From positions 20,081 to 84,080 of the forward strand of contig JAKVBU010000007.1 of NCBI GenBank assembly GCA_022446885.1: 64,000 bases of DNA, read 5' to 3'. The stretch comes from Phycisphaerales bacterium (lineage in GTDB: Bacteria; Planctomycetota; Phycisphaerae; Phycisphaerales; SM1A02). The notes below the pieces were generated by a model. It ran no database searches, was not told where the DNA came from, and worked only from the letters and a program-made list of their open reading frames with translations. A program made the translations under genes and the position numbers. Shown here one piece after another: positions 62,418 to 64,000 of this stretch (the first letter of the stretch is position 1; each line of letters starts with the position of its first letter).

Positions 62418-63089
62418 TCAACCGCCCAGCATTGAGGGCGAATGCCAATAGGGCACTCGTCGCCGTCGGGAAATCAGCGTGGCGCATGCCAGCAATCCCA
62501 ACACGCCCGGCGCCGGAACGGCATTCATCGTGAGGCTGAAGTCTGAGTGGTAGTAGGAGTAGTCGTAGGAAAACGACCCCGACCCATCCTCACCTTCACC
62601 ACTCTCATCGTGACTAGCACCGTGGCCTGCGTTCTCGAGGGTGAGTGCCCATAGCCCACTACCAAGCACCTCCCCATCCAAATCGTCGACCAGTCCTGAA
62701 ATGTAGGTGCCTCCGTCGGCTTCATTCACCAGCGTGAACTGGAAGGTGCCGGTTCCCGACAGAATGACATCTGTGCTCAGATTGAGCTCCATGGAGAAGT
62801 CCGCGGTGCGCAGCAGTGTGTCCCAAAAATCGAATCCACCCTCCTGGTAGTAGGTGTACATCCCCTCGTAGAAGTACTCCCCCCAGATGGTCATGCCATC
62901 ACCGATGTGCGACCACCCGCCACCCCACCCTTCATATCCATCGGGGTGCTCCAACAGTTCGATGGACTCTTCGTTCCTACCGACCGCCTCACCGATCAAT
63001 TGTTGGTTACTGACGCCTTCCTGAACCACAATTGGATCGGCCAAGCCGGATGCGGCGAGCGCGCCAACCGTGCATATTGAGGACAACAA
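62418..63089 (-). CDS. PEP-CTERM-anchored secreted protein, paralogue of the neighbouring gene
   Basis: Similar composition and layout to 61602-62252. C-terminal NAVPAPGVLGLLACATLISRRRR followed by 12 extra residues. Confidence 0.7.
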   Translation of the reverse strand: MLSSICTVGALAASGLADPIVVQEGVSNQQLIGEAVGRNEESIELLEHPDGYEGWGGGWSHIGDGMTIWGEYFYEGMYTYYQEGGFDFWDTLLRTADFSMELNLSTDVILSGTGTFQFTLVNEADGGTYISGLVDDLDGEVLGSGLWALTLENAGHGASHDESGEGEDGSGSFSYDYSYYHSDFSLTMNAVPAPGVLGLLACATLISRRRRVPYWHSPSMLGG

Positions 63090-63218
63090 TCTGATCTCGC
63101 ATGTTCCCTTCTCCCTTTGGGCGTCATAAAGACTGCCTCACCCAAACGTACATGTCCCTGAAGTGCACTTGTAGAAGAAACCAGCGACTCGCCAAGTTCT
63201 GCCCCCCATACACGGCCC

Positions 63219-63785
63219 TCAGGAGGCCAGCATGAGCGATTGAGCCCGCTTGGAAAGGGCATCGATGCAGTGTTGAATGAGCTCTGCCTGTTCCCACCCC
63301 AACTCCGTAGCCCCAATCGCAATGTCCTCCCGGCTCACGGCTGCGGCGAAGTTGGCCGTCTTGAGTTTCTTGCGCACACTCTTTGGCGTCAGTGAGTCGA
63401 TGCCGCCAGGGCGAACTTTGCAGCAGGCCACGATGAAACCCGAGAGTTCATCCACGGCAAACAGGTATCGAGCCATGTCGGTGGTTCGATCAACGCCGCT
63501 GTACGTGGCGTGCCCAAGGATGGCCTCAATGATCTCCTCATCGACATCCCCTCGCTGGCGCAGGTGCGCCACGCCCACGAACGGGTGCGCCTCCTGTGTG
63601 GGATGGCGCTCGTAATCAAAATCATGCAGCAGGCCGCAGATAGTCCAACGGTCAATCTCATCGGGCACGACCTGCTGGGCCGAGTACGCCATGCATGCGG
63701 CCACACACTCCATGTGGTGCCTGAGCCCCTCCGAGGCCACCCACTCATGCATCAACACACGCGCCTGATCAACCGTGATACCCAT
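63219..63785 (-). CDS. HD-domain phosphohydrolase-like protein
   Basis: HHMECVAA...GLLHDFDYERHP is an H...HD metal-binding pattern. 188 aa. Confidence 0.8.
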   Translation of the reverse strand: MGITVDQARVLMHEWVASEGLRHHMECVAACMAYSAQQVVPDEIDRWTICGLLHDFDYERHPTQEAHPFVGVAHLRQRGDVDEEIIEAILGHATYSGVDRTTDMARYLFAVDELSGFIVACCKVRPGGIDSLTPKSVRKKLKTANFAAAVSREDIAIGATELGWEQAELIQHCIDALSKRAQSLMLAS

Positions 63786-63814
63786 GATACGCCCAGCCTA
63801 CACTGTGTTCCCTG

Positions 63815-64000
63815 ATGTCGATCTTCCCCCTGCCTGTCTTTGAAGCGGACGCCGACCCCGACCGCCGCGACGCCCTTACGCTCGAGGAACAACTCGAGCG
63901 ACTGGAGCCGCCGCGAACCATCGTCGTGCGCTTTGGTCGCATGGGGCTTGTTGGCGAGTATCCATCCGACGGCACGATCCGCCCGGGATGTGGGTCAAAA
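63815..64000 (+). CDS. partial ORF, PSP1/RicT-like N-terminus (runs off the window)
   Basis: An ATG at 63815 opens a frame that continues to the window end. IVVRFGRMGLVGEYPSDGTIRPG resembles the N-terminus of PSP1-domain proteins. Weak call: only 62 codons are visible. Confidence 0.35.
   Translation, partial: MSIFPLPVFEADADPDRRDALTLEEQLERLEPPRTIVVRFGRMGLVGEYPSDGTIRPGCGSK

Overview
GC-rich bacterial chromosomal window with no rRNA, tRNA, CRISPR array, transposase or integrase that I could see. The gene content suggests a Planctomycetota/PVC-like organism: three PEP-CTERM proteins, three secreted proteins ending in dockerin-like double EF-hand modules, several lipoproteins, and scattered nuo and atp genes. 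That taxonomic call is inference only. The centrepiece is a ~25 kb type VI secretion (T6SS-i-like) locus at about 10.9-36.1 kb. It contains tagJ-clpV, then tssB-tssC-hcp-tssE-tssF-tssG plus a small DUF3467-like gene, then tssA, then a PAAR / PAAR-like / TssJ-like lipoprotein / tssK-tssL-tssM operon, and finally a vgrG unit. Several features of this locus are atypical. VgrG is encoded as two translationally coupled genes split exactly at the gp27/gp5 boundary. The gp5-like half carries a ~290-aa C-terminal extension. Two strongly SD-driven unknown genes follow the spike, one of them a 107-aa protein with no basic residue. TssM is 1653 aa, with an enlarged periplasmic part, a low-complexity tail and a Walker A Lys-to-Arg change. 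No canonical effector, immunity or regulatory genes are recognisable. The flanks are mostly housekeeping (coaD, atpD, corA, M3 peptidase, nuoG, pyrB, GH15, nuoD-E-F, ybeY, CNNM/CorC, moxR, gmk, der), plus a hotdog-ACP-hotdog cassette, a pentaheme cytochrome with a dockerin tail and a histidine-repeat protein. All family calls come from reading the translated ORFs for motifs. No database search was run.
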